Below, piece by piece: positions 44,346 through 54,925 of a stretch of 64,000 bases of DNA. Where the stretch lies: sequence record OR545507.1; one strand, written 5' to 3'. The notes below the pieces were generated by a model. It was not told where the DNA came from. It saw nothing but the letters and a program-made list of their open reading frames with translations, and did not search any database. Both the position numbers and the translations under genes were made by a program. Within the stretch, counting starts at the first letter, position 1. Each line of letters starts with the position of its first letter.

Positions 44346-44415
44346 CATAATGCCAGTACTCTGTACTGGCTTTCTTATTTGTATTAAATATAGTATAATG
44401 AATAAAGGAGGGAAT

Positions 44416-45585
44416 ATGTTACCTTTTGGAAGAATGATTAAGTACGGAAATATTGCACCTGCTAAACCAAATATTAAAAAAATACTTGCTAACAACTATA
44501 ATGTTGCTGTTTTAACAAACAGTGGTGATTTATATGTGCGTGGTGAGAATGCAAATGGTCTTTTGGGTTTAGGTCACAAAAATACTGTTACTACATGGAC
44601 TTATAGTACTTCTGGTGTTCAAGATTTTTGGATGGGAGCCACGACGATAGTTCTTAAGAAAAGCAATGATGAAATATGGTACAGTGGAAGTTCAACAACT
44701 GTTGGTATGAAAGGGGCAGCAGTATCAATATGGACTTCTGCTATGCCAACATTCGATACATTAACATTACCAATATTAGATATAGCAGTTAGTTATCAGA
44801 CTACAAGTGTGTTACTGTCAGACCAAACAATATGGAGTACTGGAGTGGGGTCAGATGGTCAGTTGGGTGATGGGACAACAACTAACAATATTGCTGGTAA
44901 ATTCGTCAAAAGTACTGTTCCGGCCGCAGCAAATCAATTACCTGTTAAATTGTTTGCAAGTAATTTAATGCACGGTTATGTTACAAACCAAGGATGGCTA
45001 TTTTATACAGGAAGAGTAAATGCAGTTACAAGTTCAGGAAGTAAGTTATATACTATATATTATGGTGCTCCTACCAGCTTAAGAAATACAATTAATATCA
45101 AGTACTACACGGAGAATGGTACTTCAATGGCAATGGCAATTGGTACTGATCCAAATGGAAAAACCATCATCGCAAATGGCGGTTCGAGAATATTTGGTGC
45201 ACAAGCAGATGGGACAAATGGTTCTCTCAATGATTATAGAGCATTTGAGGTTCAAACTGCTTCACTAATGCCACCCGGTGATGTAGTAAGCATTGCTAAC
45301 AATACTTCATATTATAACCAAGTTATTGCTACAACAGATGGTATATATTGTTGCGGCTACAATCAATCTTCAGAAGCTGGTATGTTAGGTATTGGTACAT
45401 CTACCAATGCATTGGTATATACCAAAGCAATCGTGCCTGATGGGTTTGATTATAGTAAGTCGCAGATGGCAGGTGGGTATAACCGAACTTATATAACTGA
45501 TGGTAATTTTGTATATAGCACAGGGACAAATGTCACATATGGTGGCGTTAGTAGCTTAGAATTTGTATTAGATTCACCAGTTTAA
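44416..45585 (+). CDS. MLPF-leader beta-propeller protein 4
   Basis: MLPFGRMIKYGNIAP; GENANGLLG, GSDGQLG. Confidence 0.8.
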   Translation: MLPFGRMIKYGNIAPAKPNIKKILANNYNVAVLTNSGDLYVRGENANGLLGLGHKNTVTTWTYSTSGVQDFWMGATTIVLKKSNDEIWYSGSSTTVGMKGAAVSIWTSAMPTFDTLTLPILDIAVSYQTTSVLLSDQTIWSTGVGSDGQLGDGTTTNNIAGKFVKSTVPAAANQLPVKLFASNLMHGYVTNQGWLFYTGRVNAVTSSGSKLYTIYYGAPTSLRNTINIKYYTENGTSMAMAIGTDPNGKTIIANGGSRIFGAQADGTNGSLNDYRAFEVQTASLMPPGDVVSIANNTSYYNQVIATTDGIYCCGYNQSSEAGMLGIGTSTNALVYTKAIVPDGFDYSKSQMAGGYNRTYITDGNFVYSTGTNVTYGGVSSLEFVLDSPV

Positions 45586-45656
45586 ATATATGCCAGTACT
45601 CTGTACTGGCATTCTTATTTGTATTAAATATAGTATAATGAATAAAGGAGGGAAAT

Positions 45657-46805
45657 ATGTTACCTTTTGCAAGAATGATGAATTATGGGAATATTGCCCC
45701 TGGTAAGGATAGGCGTTTTAAAATATATTCAAGTGATTCTATGTATCTTCATGATACTTATACTAATAAGTTGTATGCATCTTCTGCGACGAATTGGGGT
45801 ACTGGAACAGGTGTAGCATCGAGTAAATTTATTCTTTGTGCAGAGAATGTTAAACGAGTTCTATTGGAAGATAACAGTAGTAGTTGTCAATTGTATGAAG
45901 AGAAAGGTACTGGAAAAGTTTTTATCACTGGTAACACGAAGGCATTCACTGGTGTAACTGATACAAAAACTTTGTGGACGGACTGTACTACGTGGATAAC
46001 ATCAGGTGGTATTAATGTTTCTGATATAAAATACATGAGTAGTTTTAATGATATGAAGGTGAATTTGATAACAAACGATGGTACGTTGTATTGTTGTGGA
46101 GTTAACAATAACTCGAACCTATCATCATTTGGTGATGGTACAAACATTAATTCTTTTAACACATTCAAAAGGGTAGATACTATAACTTCGGTTAAAAAGG
46201 CAGTTGGTAACATATACCTAAAAGAAGATAATACTTTATGGGGTTGTGGTTTTAACTATTACTATCAGTTAGGTACAGGTAATCAAACTTCTATTACTGG
46301 GGTGACGATGATTGCTTCGGATGTTATAGATTTTGATGTAAGTTATCAAAGTACATTTTTTATTAAATCGGATAATAATTTGTACGCTTGTGGTAAACAG
46401 TTCGGTGCACAATACGGGAACGAATTTGGCACAGGTGGTACTTCTTCATCTACCGATATACAATACAAAACTCCGACATTATTGAGTTCAGGAGTTTATA
46501 CTCTATATACTTGTGTTAGTAACATGGCATCACATATAGCTAAAGGTGATGAAGTTCTATACGCATCTGGGTCGAATGGATTTGGTCAATTAGGTGTTGG
46601 TAATAATATTAATCAGTACTCATATACTCCTTCGTATACTTCGTTTAATAGTTCGTGTAATTTGGTACGCACTCCATCTGGTTCACTTATACTTACGGAC
46701 ACTGAGCAATTATATTATTGTGGGTATGCTATGGTAGTAATGGGGGGAATTGCTGGACAAAACATTCTTAGTTATACAGAAGTTGATATGTCATTTATAC
46801 AATGA
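45657..46805 (+). CDS. MLPF-leader beta-propeller protein 5
   Basis: MLPFARMMNYGNIAP; GFNYYYQLG, GSNGFGQLG. Confidence 0.8.
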   Translation: MLPFARMMNYGNIAPGKDRRFKIYSSDSMYLHDTYTNKLYASSATNWGTGTGVASSKFILCAENVKRVLLEDNSSSCQLYEEKGTGKVFITGNTKAFTGVTDTKTLWTDCTTWITSGGINVSDIKYMSSFNDMKVNLITNDGTLYCCGVNNNSNLSSFGDGTNINSFNTFKRVDTITSVKKAVGNIYLKEDNTLWGCGFNYYYQLGTGNQTSITGVTMIASDVIDFDVSYQSTFFIKSDNNLYACGKQFGAQYGNEFGTGGTSSSTDIQYKTPTLLSSGVYTLYTCVSNMASHIAKGDEVLYASGSNGFGQLGVGNNINQYSYTPSYTSFNSSCNLVRTPSGSLILTDTEQLYYCGYAMVVMGGIAGQNILSYTEVDMSFIQ

Positions 46806-46876
46806 TTTAATGCCAGTACACTGTACTGGCTTTCTTATTTGTATTAAATATAGTATAATGAATAAAGGAGGAATTT

Positions 46877-48019
46877 ATGTTACCTTTTGCAAGAATGATG
46901 AATTATGGGAATATTGCACCAGAACCAAAACCTCTATTTAAAAATAGATTACAAGCAAATTATAATACTCGTTTTTATTTGCATGTTAATGGTGACTTGT
47001 ACTGGTATGGTTCATCTTCATTTGGACAAGGTGGTAATGGTTCATTACAATCATCCACCGTATGGACCCGTGTGAATAATAATATTGAACGTTACTGGGG
47101 TGGTGTTCTTGGTTCCATTGCCATTAAGAATGATGGAACTATTTGGTTCACAGGTGCTAGTATAGTAATGCCACAAATCGGAACAAATACAAATGGGGTT
47201 TGGATTGATGTAACCCAGTACTTCACTGATTTTGGTGTCAGTGCTGATGATATTGATGGTATTGCTGTTGGGCAGAATTTGCGTGTATTTTTAAAAAATG
47301 GAAAATGGTTCTACTGTGGTACTGGCGAAGCTGGTGTATTTGGTAACGCGTCAACAGCTAATGTCACATCGTTCAGATACAGCACTATAGAAAATGTTAA
47401 AAGTTATGGCTGTTCTTTGCTCAGTACTGGGTTAGTACTTGATGATGGCTCCTATTGGTATGCAGGAAATACTGTTGCTCCTGGTAGTACAAAAACATCA
47501 AATATATTAAGTTTTACAAAAGACAATACGATCACCAATGCTATACAAGCTGTAAATACATACCGTACTTCATATATATTTCTTAATGATGGTTCAGTGA
47601 AGGTTGCTTCACCAAATGCATATGGTCAAGCTGGTGTAGGTACAGTATCAGCAGTACCAATGAGTACATTAATTCCCAATTTATCATTCCAAGGTGAAAT
47701 AGAGTTGGTGGGTGGTTTATCCAACAACGAAGGGAATGGATGTGTTGTTAAAAATAATAATAAGTTATATACTTGTGGTCGAAATACCTATGGTCTATGT
47801 GGTGTTAATCAAACATCCGAAAATATACTAACTTTCACCGAAATGGTTCTTGATGCATTAGAAGGAAGACGAATTTCAGGCTTCGTAAATGATAATTTCT
47901 ATTCAATGATAATTGATGAAAATAACAATTTGTATATGTGTGGTTTGGCTGAACTTGGAAATGTTCCAGTCAATAGAGTTCCAACAAGGGTTCCTGATTC
48001 ACTTCTACCGTGGAAATAA
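46877..48019 (+). CDS. MLPF-leader beta-propeller protein 6
   Basis: MLPFARMMNYGNIAP; GRNTYGLCG. Confidence 0.8.
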   Translation: MLPFARMMNYGNIAPEPKPLFKNRLQANYNTRFYLHVNGDLYWYGSSSFGQGGNGSLQSSTVWTRVNNNIERYWGGVLGSIAIKNDGTIWFTGASIVMPQIGTNTNGVWIDVTQYFTDFGVSADDIDGIAVGQNLRVFLKNGKWFYCGTGEAGVFGNASTANVTSFRYSTIENVKSYGCSLLSTGLVLDDGSYWYAGNTVAPGSTKTSNILSFTKDNTITNAIQAVNTYRTSYIFLNDGSVKVASPNAYGQAGVGTVSAVPMSTLIPNLSFQGEIELVGGLSNNEGNGCVVKNNNKLYTCGRNTYGLCGVNQTSENILTFTEMVLDALEGRRISGFVNDNFYSMIIDENNNLYMCGLAELGNVPVNRVPTRVPDSLLPWK

Positions 48020-48089
48020 TATAATGCCAGTATCAAGTACTGGCATTTCTTTTTGATTAAATATAGTATAACAAATAAAGGAGGGAATT

Positions 48090-49277
48090 ATGTTACCTTT
48101 TGCAAGAATGATGAATTATGGGAATATTGCCCCAGTACCACTTCAAATTAAGAAAATAATCCCAACTGATTTAGATGTTGTGGTTCTGTATACGGATGGT
48201 CAACTATATGCACGTGGGAATAATAGTTTTGGGAAATTCGGTAGAGGAAACAACACTGCATTAAAATCATGGACATTAATTAGAGAAAACGTTAACGATT
48301 GCTGGCTTACACAAGGAACTTTATTAGTAAAAGACAATGACTCAAATTATTATTACTGTGGATATGGTAGTCATATTGGTTTATCAACTAGTACTACTAC
48401 GTTTTTAAGTTATAACCAATATATTCAAAATTTGTACACACAAAGTTCAAGTACTTCAATTAAACAGATGTATGGAGGTACTACGTGGTTTACTTTCTTA
48501 ATGGACAATAATACAATATGGAGTACAGGGTGGAACAGTGCTAGACAATTCGCCGATGGAACGGGAACTACTTATGAAATAACCGATGGTTCATTTGTAA
48601 AAGCGGTCACACCTAATGTTGATATTGCACAAATACAGTCAACAAATAACTGTGTATTGTTGTTTGATAAACAAAATAATTTATATATTGGTGGTGTTAC
48701 ATCCGGTATAAGTTCCGCGACTACATGGACTTCATATAATCAATATACTTTATATCAACCAAATACAACATACACAAAAACGTTACAATACACAGGATGC
48801 TCAACTGGTGCAGTAAGTGCTTTAGTTGAAAATCCAAATACAGGAGCACGTCAGTTCCTTGTCGGTGGGTTAGCTAATAATGGGGCATGGGGAAATAACA
48901 CTACATCTAGCTCTGTTAATGGAGTTTTAGGAAATAACAGTACGACGTTACCACCCGGTACTTTGTATTCAATTCATACTGGATACCCACCACAATCTAG
49001 TATACTAATTACGAGTACTGGTGTATATGCAACTGGTTTAAATGCCAGTAGTTATGCTGGTTCATTGGGTATTGGTACTAGTGCAACTGTTGGTAAGTTT
49101 ACTGCATGTCCAATGCCTACACAAATAACATATTCTATGTATGATAAAATAAAAATATATAGAGGTTCATATCGTACATTTCTAACTGATATGAAAAATA
49201 TATATTCAACCGGAACTTATGATGATGGTGGTCCTAGTACAACTAGATATGTACTAGATACACCCCGACAATTATAA
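48090..49277 (+). CDS. MLPF-leader beta-propeller protein 7
   Basis: MLPFARMMNYGNIAP; GNNSFGKFG. Confidence 0.8.
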   Translation: MLPFARMMNYGNIAPVPLQIKKIIPTDLDVVVLYTDGQLYARGNNSFGKFGRGNNTALKSWTLIRENVNDCWLTQGTLLVKDNDSNYYYCGYGSHIGLSTSTTTFLSYNQYIQNLYTQSSSTSIKQMYGGTTWFTFLMDNNTIWSTGWNSARQFADGTGTTYEITDGSFVKAVTPNVDIAQIQSTNNCVLLFDKQNNLYIGGVTSGISSATTWTSYNQYTLYQPNTTYTKTLQYTGCSTGAVSALVENPNTGARQFLVGGLANNGAWGNNTTSSSVNGVLGNNSTTLPPGTLYSIHTGYPPQSSILITSTGVYATGLNASSYAGSLGIGTSATVGKFTACPMPTQITYSMYDKIKIYRGSYRTFLTDMKNIYSTGTYDDGGPSTTRYVLDTPRQL

Positions 49278-49349
49278 TATAATAGCCAGTACTCAGTACT
49301 GGCTTTTCTTTTTGTATTAAATATATTATAATGAATAAAGGAGGGAATT

Positions 49350-50087
49350 ATGTTACCTTTTGGAAGAATGATTAAGTACGGGAATGAAATTGAATATAAG
49401 CCACATGGTGAACAATTAATCACGACAATAGGAACAACACAATTTACAGTTCCTGCTGGCGTTACCGAAATATCAGTATGTGTTATTTCGCCGGGTGGTC
49501 AACGTGGTGCTGGCGGCGGCTTATCGTGGCGTAATAATATTCCGGTTACTAGTGGTGAGTACTTAAGTGTTTCTCTTACGCATACCAACACTACTACACC
49601 AGTTGAAAACGGTTTATATCGTGGAACTGAAAAACTATGTGTTAGCTTCACTGGTGCATATACGGTTGGTGGACTAGGTGGAAAAGCTGCTAACGCTATT
49701 AATGATGGTGGTGGTAATGGTGGCAATACTGGTGTAAGTGGTGGTGCAGTCATTGGTGGTGGTGCTGGTGGCTACACAGGTAAAGGTGGTAACGGAGATG
49801 CAATCACTGGTGAAAATGGTGCTGGCGGCGGCGGGGGCGGTGGTACATTCTATAATACCTCGTTCATTGGTACGGGTGGTGGTACTGGTATCATTGTTCA
49901 AGGTGCTAATGGTATTGGTGGTAGCTACGGTGGTTCATATAATGGTGGTGCTGGTAGTGGTGGTGCTGGTAAGATGTATGGTGGTGGTGGTAGTATATGG
50001 GATAATTCTTCTTATACGGCTGCTGGTGGTGGTGCTGTGCGAATAATATGGGGAAATGGGAGATATTATCCTAACAATTCAGTATAA
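49350..50087 (+). CDS. MLPF-leader glycine-rich protein (fibre-like)
   Basis: same leader followed by FTVPAGVTEISV and GGGAGG-rich domain, no RCC1 repeats. Confidence 0.75.
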   Translation: MLPFGRMIKYGNEIEYKPHGEQLITTIGTTQFTVPAGVTEISVCVISPGGQRGAGGGLSWRNNIPVTSGEYLSVSLTHTNTTTPVENGLYRGTEKLCVSFTGAYTVGGLGGKAANAINDGGGNGGNTGVSGGAVIGGGAGGYTGKGGNGDAITGENGAGGGGGGGTFYNTSFIGTGGGTGIIVQGANGIGGSYGGSYNGGAGSGGAGKMYGGGGSIWDNSSYTAAGGGAVRIIWGNGRYYPNNSV

Positions 50088-50157
50088 AATATAGGCCAGT
50101 ACAGAGTACTGGCTTTTCTTTTTGATTAAATATAGTATAATGAATAAAGGAGGAAAT

Positions 50158-51333
50158 ATGTTACCTTTTGCAAGAATGGTTAAGTATGGAAATATTAAAC
50201 CTGCACCTTCTGGTGTATTAAAGATTAGTACATCGTCATCACATATGGGTATGTTATTTGATAGTGGTAACTTATATCTACGTGGAAGTGGTGCACATTA
50301 TAGGCTAGGAAATAATAGTACGGAGTATGTACAAAATGGGTGGGTACAGTGTCCATATAAAGTTTCTAATGTTTGGTGTTTATTCGCAGGGACAATTATA
50401 CTTACGACTGACGGAGAATTTTACTTAGCAGGGCAAATGAACTATGTCGGTGTATCTGCATCACCTGTTCCCGGATGGACTAATATTACATCTATATTGT
50501 CTACAATTCCAAGCCTTACTACAGTTCAAGATATAGCTTCTACCGAAACTACCGCATCCAATGGTTCTTTGTTAATTCTGTTAAGTGATGGTAACTTATA
50601 TGGGATAGGCCGTAATGCTGGGGGTGAATTGGGTGTTACTGGAATAAAATCAACACCTATTTTGATTAACACGGGTGTTACTTTAATCGCAGGAACACAG
50701 TCGGGTGGTGCTTTCCATTTTGTAAAAAATGGACAATATTACAGATGTGGTAATAATGCAAGTTATAACCTAGGTTCAAGTTCATCTAAACTATCCACAT
50801 TTACAGTAAGTACTGATATATCTGGAACAGTTATTGGTATTTCATGTACTCCTGAAACCACTTCAGTACTTACATCCAATAGAAATAAGATTAATGTATA
50901 TACTGCTGGAAAAAACACTGATTATTGTTTAGGAATAGGGTATGGCGACACTACTATTATCATGAGTCCATTTAGTACCACTCCTGTAATTAGTGGTATT
51001 ATACCAGATGCTGGGTCGATGAACAATCACAGTTTGAATTATTTTATAATGGCAATGACACAGAATGGTAAACTTTATACATGTGGTAGTGGTGTTCCTC
51101 TTGGTTGGCCTGTTACTACTGCATCAGAAAGATCTTATTACCACCAGGTACAATATGAGGATATGGATGTTGCACCAGATGTTAATGCATTTTCAGTACA
51201 AGGTGGTTCTGGTGTGTTATACGCGTTAGTAGGGACTAATGAGGTGTACTGGTGTGGTAACGGGTCTATGTTTCAGGAACAGAGTCCAGGTACACAACAA
51301 GTTAAAATGAAGAAAATGATTTTACCAGAATAG
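50158..51333 (+). CDS. MLPF-leader beta-propeller protein 9
   Basis: MLPFARMVKYGNIKP; GRNAGGELG. Confidence 0.8.
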   Translation: MLPFARMVKYGNIKPAPSGVLKISTSSSHMGMLFDSGNLYLRGSGAHYRLGNNSTEYVQNGWVQCPYKVSNVWCLFAGTIILTTDGEFYLAGQMNYVGVSASPVPGWTNITSILSTIPSLTTVQDIASTETTASNGSLLILLSDGNLYGIGRNAGGELGVTGIKSTPILINTGVTLIAGTQSGGAFHFVKNGQYYRCGNNASYNLGSSSSKLSTFTVSTDISGTVIGISCTPETTSVLTSNRNKINVYTAGKNTDYCLGIGYGDTTIIMSPFSTTPVISGIIPDAGSMNNHSLNYFIMAMTQNGKLYTCGSGVPLGWPVTTASERSYYHQVQYEDMDVAPDVNAFSVQGGSGVLYALVGTNEVYWCGNGSMFQEQSPGTQQVKMKKMILPE

Positions 51334-51341
51334 GAGTGAAT

Positions 51342-52484
51342 ATGTTACCTTTTGGAAGAATGGTTAAGTACGGGAATATTATAATCCCACTTGATATAAA
51401 AAAAGTGGATTTAACAATAAATGGTTGTATAATACTTACAAGTGATGGTAAATTATATGCAAGTGGGACTCAATCAGCAGGTCAATTTGGATTAGGAAAT
51501 AGAACAACACTTACAGTACGTACATTAATAGCCGAAAATGTGGTTAATTTTTGGTTTAGTCAGTCTGGATTAACTATTTTAAAAAATGATAGTTCATATT
51601 GGTTTAGTGGAGCAGCATATGCCTATGGAGATAGTGGTAATGTTTTTATTAACATTGATAGTTTAATCAAAGACAAATTTGACAATGCGAGTGAAATATA
51701 TGTTGCACGTGATCATGCAACTATTATTGTAAACTCAGATGGTTCAGTTTGGGTTTTAGGTTCTAATTTATATAGTATGATTGGGTTAGCAAGTACTACA
51801 ACAAACGCCCCTACATGGACACAAAATACAAACCTTACTGGTGTTTCTAAAATGCAATTTGGTCATCTGAACGCATGTGGAATAAGATCGAATGGCGACG
51901 TTGTTGCGTGGGGTGAGAACAGATTCAACTGCTTCACAACTGTGGGCGGTACTGGTTACCTGACACCAAGAGTAGTTAAGTCAAATGTGATTGATTTTTA
52001 TTTAACTGCAACATCTTGTTTTATGTGGAGTGATGCTACTTCTGTTTATTTTAGTGGCTATACTGGGGACACTGGATTATTAAATTCTGCGGCTGGTACT
52101 ACCTTTCAGTCATACAATATATACAGTGTAGCTCAACCGGAAACATATGTAAGTTCAGAGTTTCGTTTTATAAAGCATACAAACTACAACTATGGTAATG
52201 CTGTTAACTTACCAGTATACGTTAAATTTAGAATTAATGGTGAAGTTTATAGTAGTGGATATAACTTAAGTAGTAGTTTGGGGGTAAATTCCGTTTCCAC
52301 CAGCGTAAAAAATACAACTTTAGTTCCAGGTGCATCAAAAATGACATCGTGGGTGGCTGGTGATACTAATGTTAAATTAGCTACTATTGATGGTAGTTTA
52401 TATGGTGCAGGTAACGTACAATATATTTTAGATAAACCAAGTCAAGAAATTTATCCCACATATCAAAATTTAAATATAATATAA
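51342..52484 (+). CDS. MLPF-leader beta-propeller protein 10
   Basis: MLPFGRMVKYGNII; GTQSAGQFG. Confidence 0.8.
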   Translation: MLPFGRMVKYGNIIIPLDIKKVDLTINGCIILTSDGKLYASGTQSAGQFGLGNRTTLTVRTLIAENVVNFWFSQSGLTILKNDSSYWFSGAAYAYGDSGNVFINIDSLIKDKFDNASEIYVARDHATIIVNSDGSVWVLGSNLYSMIGLASTTTNAPTWTQNTNLTGVSKMQFGHLNACGIRSNGDVVAWGENRFNCFTTVGGTGYLTPRVVKSNVIDFYLTATSCFMWSDATSVYFSGYTGDTGLLNSAAGTTFQSYNIYSVAQPETYVSSEFRFIKHTNYNYGNAVNLPVYVKFRINGEVYSSGYNLSSSLGVNSVSTSVKNTTLVPGASKMTSWVAGDTNVKLATIDGSLYGAGNVQYILDKPSQEIYPTYQNLNII

Positions 52485-52494
52485 AGGAGGGAAT

Positions 52495-53674
52495 ATGTTA
52501 CCTTTTTCTAGAATGGTTAAGTACGGGAATATAGCACCTGTATATGAATCTAGTGTGATTAAAATGCAAGCACCATCAGCTTTTACCAACAACACATTGA
52601 TGATTCTGTATAAGAACGGTGATTTGTGGGGTATTGGCGGTAACAATGCTGGTATATTCGGTCTTGGAAATACAACGACACAGACCAAATGGGGTCGCTT
52701 AATGCAAAATGTGAAAAATTTTTGGTGCACAAGGAATGCTTCATATAGCTTAGTTCAGACCAATGATAATAAATTTTATTATGCAGGTTGGAACCTTTGG
52801 ACTGGTACATCTAGTGCAGTTCAAAGTACTACATTTGTTGATTGTACGTCTTATTTTTCAGGTTTTAATGTGGATAATATCAAGGAGATATATCCAAATG
52901 TTCGTAATATGTTTTTACTAACAAATGATAGTGTTCTTTACGCAATAGGTGATAATTCGACCTATGAGTTGGGTAGTAGTTCATCTACACTTACATCATT
53001 TACACAGGTTAATATTAATGTTAAAAAGGTTAGTTCATTTTTCAATAGTCCGACTTGGATAATTAAAAATGATAATTCAGTATGGCGATGTGGTAAAACT
53101 AGTACTGGTACATTGTTAACTGGTTCTGCTACTGATACGTTGACGATTTGGACAAAGTATAGTTTTCCTACAGGACAGTACCCCGTTGATATAATTTCAT
53201 ATAACAATATGTTGGGTATAGTTCTTAATGTAGATAATACTTATCCGCTATATGGTGTAGGGTCACAAAATTCACGGACAATTAGGAAATGGTGTTCTAT
53301 CTAATACTAATAAGATATCTTTAACGCCACAAAGTACTTATTTACAATTAACTAATGTTTCCGATTTTGAATTTATACAAACATATTCACAAAATCCTAG
53401 GGGATTATTATATAGAAATGGAAGTCGTATTTTTGGAACAGGGTATAATAATTATGGACAGCTTGGTAACAATTCATCTAATAATGCTTCAATTTTCGTC
53501 CAAGCACAATTTCCAAATTCTGTAGTTTATGATCCGTCAACATCGTTGGTTGCTGCGAATGACAATGCATTATTTGCATATGTGAATGGGAAATTATACT
53601 ACACTGGTATGTCTCCAGTAGGGACAGTTGTTGGTACATGGACTTTAACTGAATACCAATTGCCACAAATTTAA
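52495..53674 (+). pseudogene. MLPF-leader beta-propeller protein 11, frameshifted near 53275
   Basis: ORF stops at 53304, but the shifted frame continues GQLGNG...GYNNYGQLGNN...EYQLPQI to a stop at 53674. Confidence 0.75.
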
Positions 53675-53684
53675 GGAGAAAATT

Positions 53685-54854
53685 ATGTTACCTTTTGGAA
53701 GAATGTTAAAGTACGGAAATATTAAACCAACTCTTCCTGAAATAAAGAAATTGGATGGTAGTCAATTACATGTCGGATTACTTTATAGTACAGGGAATAT
53801 GTACATGCGTGGTTCTGGTTCGAACTATAAATTAGGTACAGGGGATGCTAGTGATGTATTAGGTGGTTGGGTACATGTACCCTATGAAGTTGATGATTTT
53901 TGGGCGTGTGTATCCGGTACATTAATAAAGACTGTTGATAATAAATTATATTGTGCAGGTCTATACATGGGTGGATATTTTGGGGCTAGTGGTTCATATG
54001 TTAACTGGACTGAAGTAACTTCATTATTTGTAGGTATTGACGTGTCGCAAATAAAGAATATAGAATTTACGTCAGCGGGTACTTCCGGTAGTACACTAAT
54101 ATTGATGTTAGATGGTCGTTTATATGGGTTCGGTATGAACAGTAGATCTGAGTTAGGTGTTAATAACAAAGTTGTATCTCCCATTCTTATAGATACTGGG
54201 GTAAGTGCAATAGGAGCACATAAGTTAGGCGGTTCATCGTTCCATTATATAAAAGGCGGTAAGTACTACAGATGTGGAACATCGGTTGGTAGTAATATTG
54301 GAAGTTCTTCTTTAACTACTTTTACGGTATTGAGTATTCCTGATAACGTTATATCTATGCAAATATTATATGACAACGTACAGTTATTATGTTTAGGAAG
54401 TTCTGGATATAGTATCTATATGGCTGGTTCTAATGATTATGGTGGAAGAGGTGTTGGCGGTTCTACGGTTTATACTACATTCAGGAAAATAGATCTTACA
54501 GGATTTGGTGTTGTTCCCAGTGAAATACTATTTGAAAATGCTGGAAATGGTTATGTTAATATATCAACTGATAGTACTGGAGTATATACATGTGGTGGTG
54601 GAGCGGGTGTTAACGGTTTAGGTAGACCAACTAATGTAATACCAAGTTCACAGTTGGGAGTAGTTCAGTTCAGTACTGGAGTAGAACAATCAAATATAAG
54701 TCGTGTGTATTCACAGAGTTCGAGTTCTGTTATATATTGTATAGTCAATAATGAATTGTACTGGGCTGGTAGTAATTCATATTTTACTGATCAAACCACA
54801 AATACTGGTACACAATTTTCATTTATTAAGATGAAGGATATGCCTTCTGCTTAG
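53685..54854 (+). CDS. MLPF-leader beta-propeller protein 12
   Basis: MLPFGRMLKYGNIKP; similar to copy 9. Confidence 0.8.
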   Translation: MLPFGRMLKYGNIKPTLPEIKKLDGSQLHVGLLYSTGNMYMRGSGSNYKLGTGDASDVLGGWVHVPYEVDDFWACVSGTLIKTVDNKLYCAGLYMGGYFGASGSYVNWTEVTSLFVGIDVSQIKNIEFTSAGTSGSTLILMLDGRLYGFGMNSRSELGVNNKVVSPILIDTGVSAIGAHKLGGSSFHYIKGGKYYRCGTSVGSNIGSSSLTTFTVLSIPDNVISMQILYDNVQLLCLGSSGYSIYMAGSNDYGGRGVGGSTVYTTFRKIDLTGFGVVPSEILFENAGNGYVNISTDSTGVYTCGGGAGVNGLGRPTNVIPSSQLGVVQFSTGVEQSNISRVYSQSSSSVIYCIVNNELYWAGSNSYFTDQTTNTGTQFSFIKMKDMPSA

Positions 54855-54925
54855 ATTTTATGCCAGTGCCTTGTACTGGCATTTTTTGTCCTAAATATAA
54901 TAACGATTTACATTTGGAGGATACA

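Larger units (their letters stand above)
41960..54900 (+). repeat. repeated terminator + TAAATA promoter-like + RBS cassette
   Basis: GCCAGTA-N-TACTGGC-(T-rich)-TATTAAATATAGTATAATGAATAAAGGAGGGAATATGTTACCTTTTG at about 41960, 44352, 45592, 46812, 48026, 49285, 50094; variant at 54862. Confidence 0.85.

Noticed and set aside
44254-44415. Long upstream frame reading through the MLPF cassette (MPVLCTGFLICIKYSIMNKGGN)
   Set aside because: It is the translated terminator/promoter repeat. It is out of frame in other copies (46750), and a strong GGAGG RBS precedes MLPF.
49764-50029. Plus-strand Chi matches at 49764 and 50022
   Set aside because: Both lie in Ala-Gly-Gly codons of the glycine-rich gene, so coding bias explains them.
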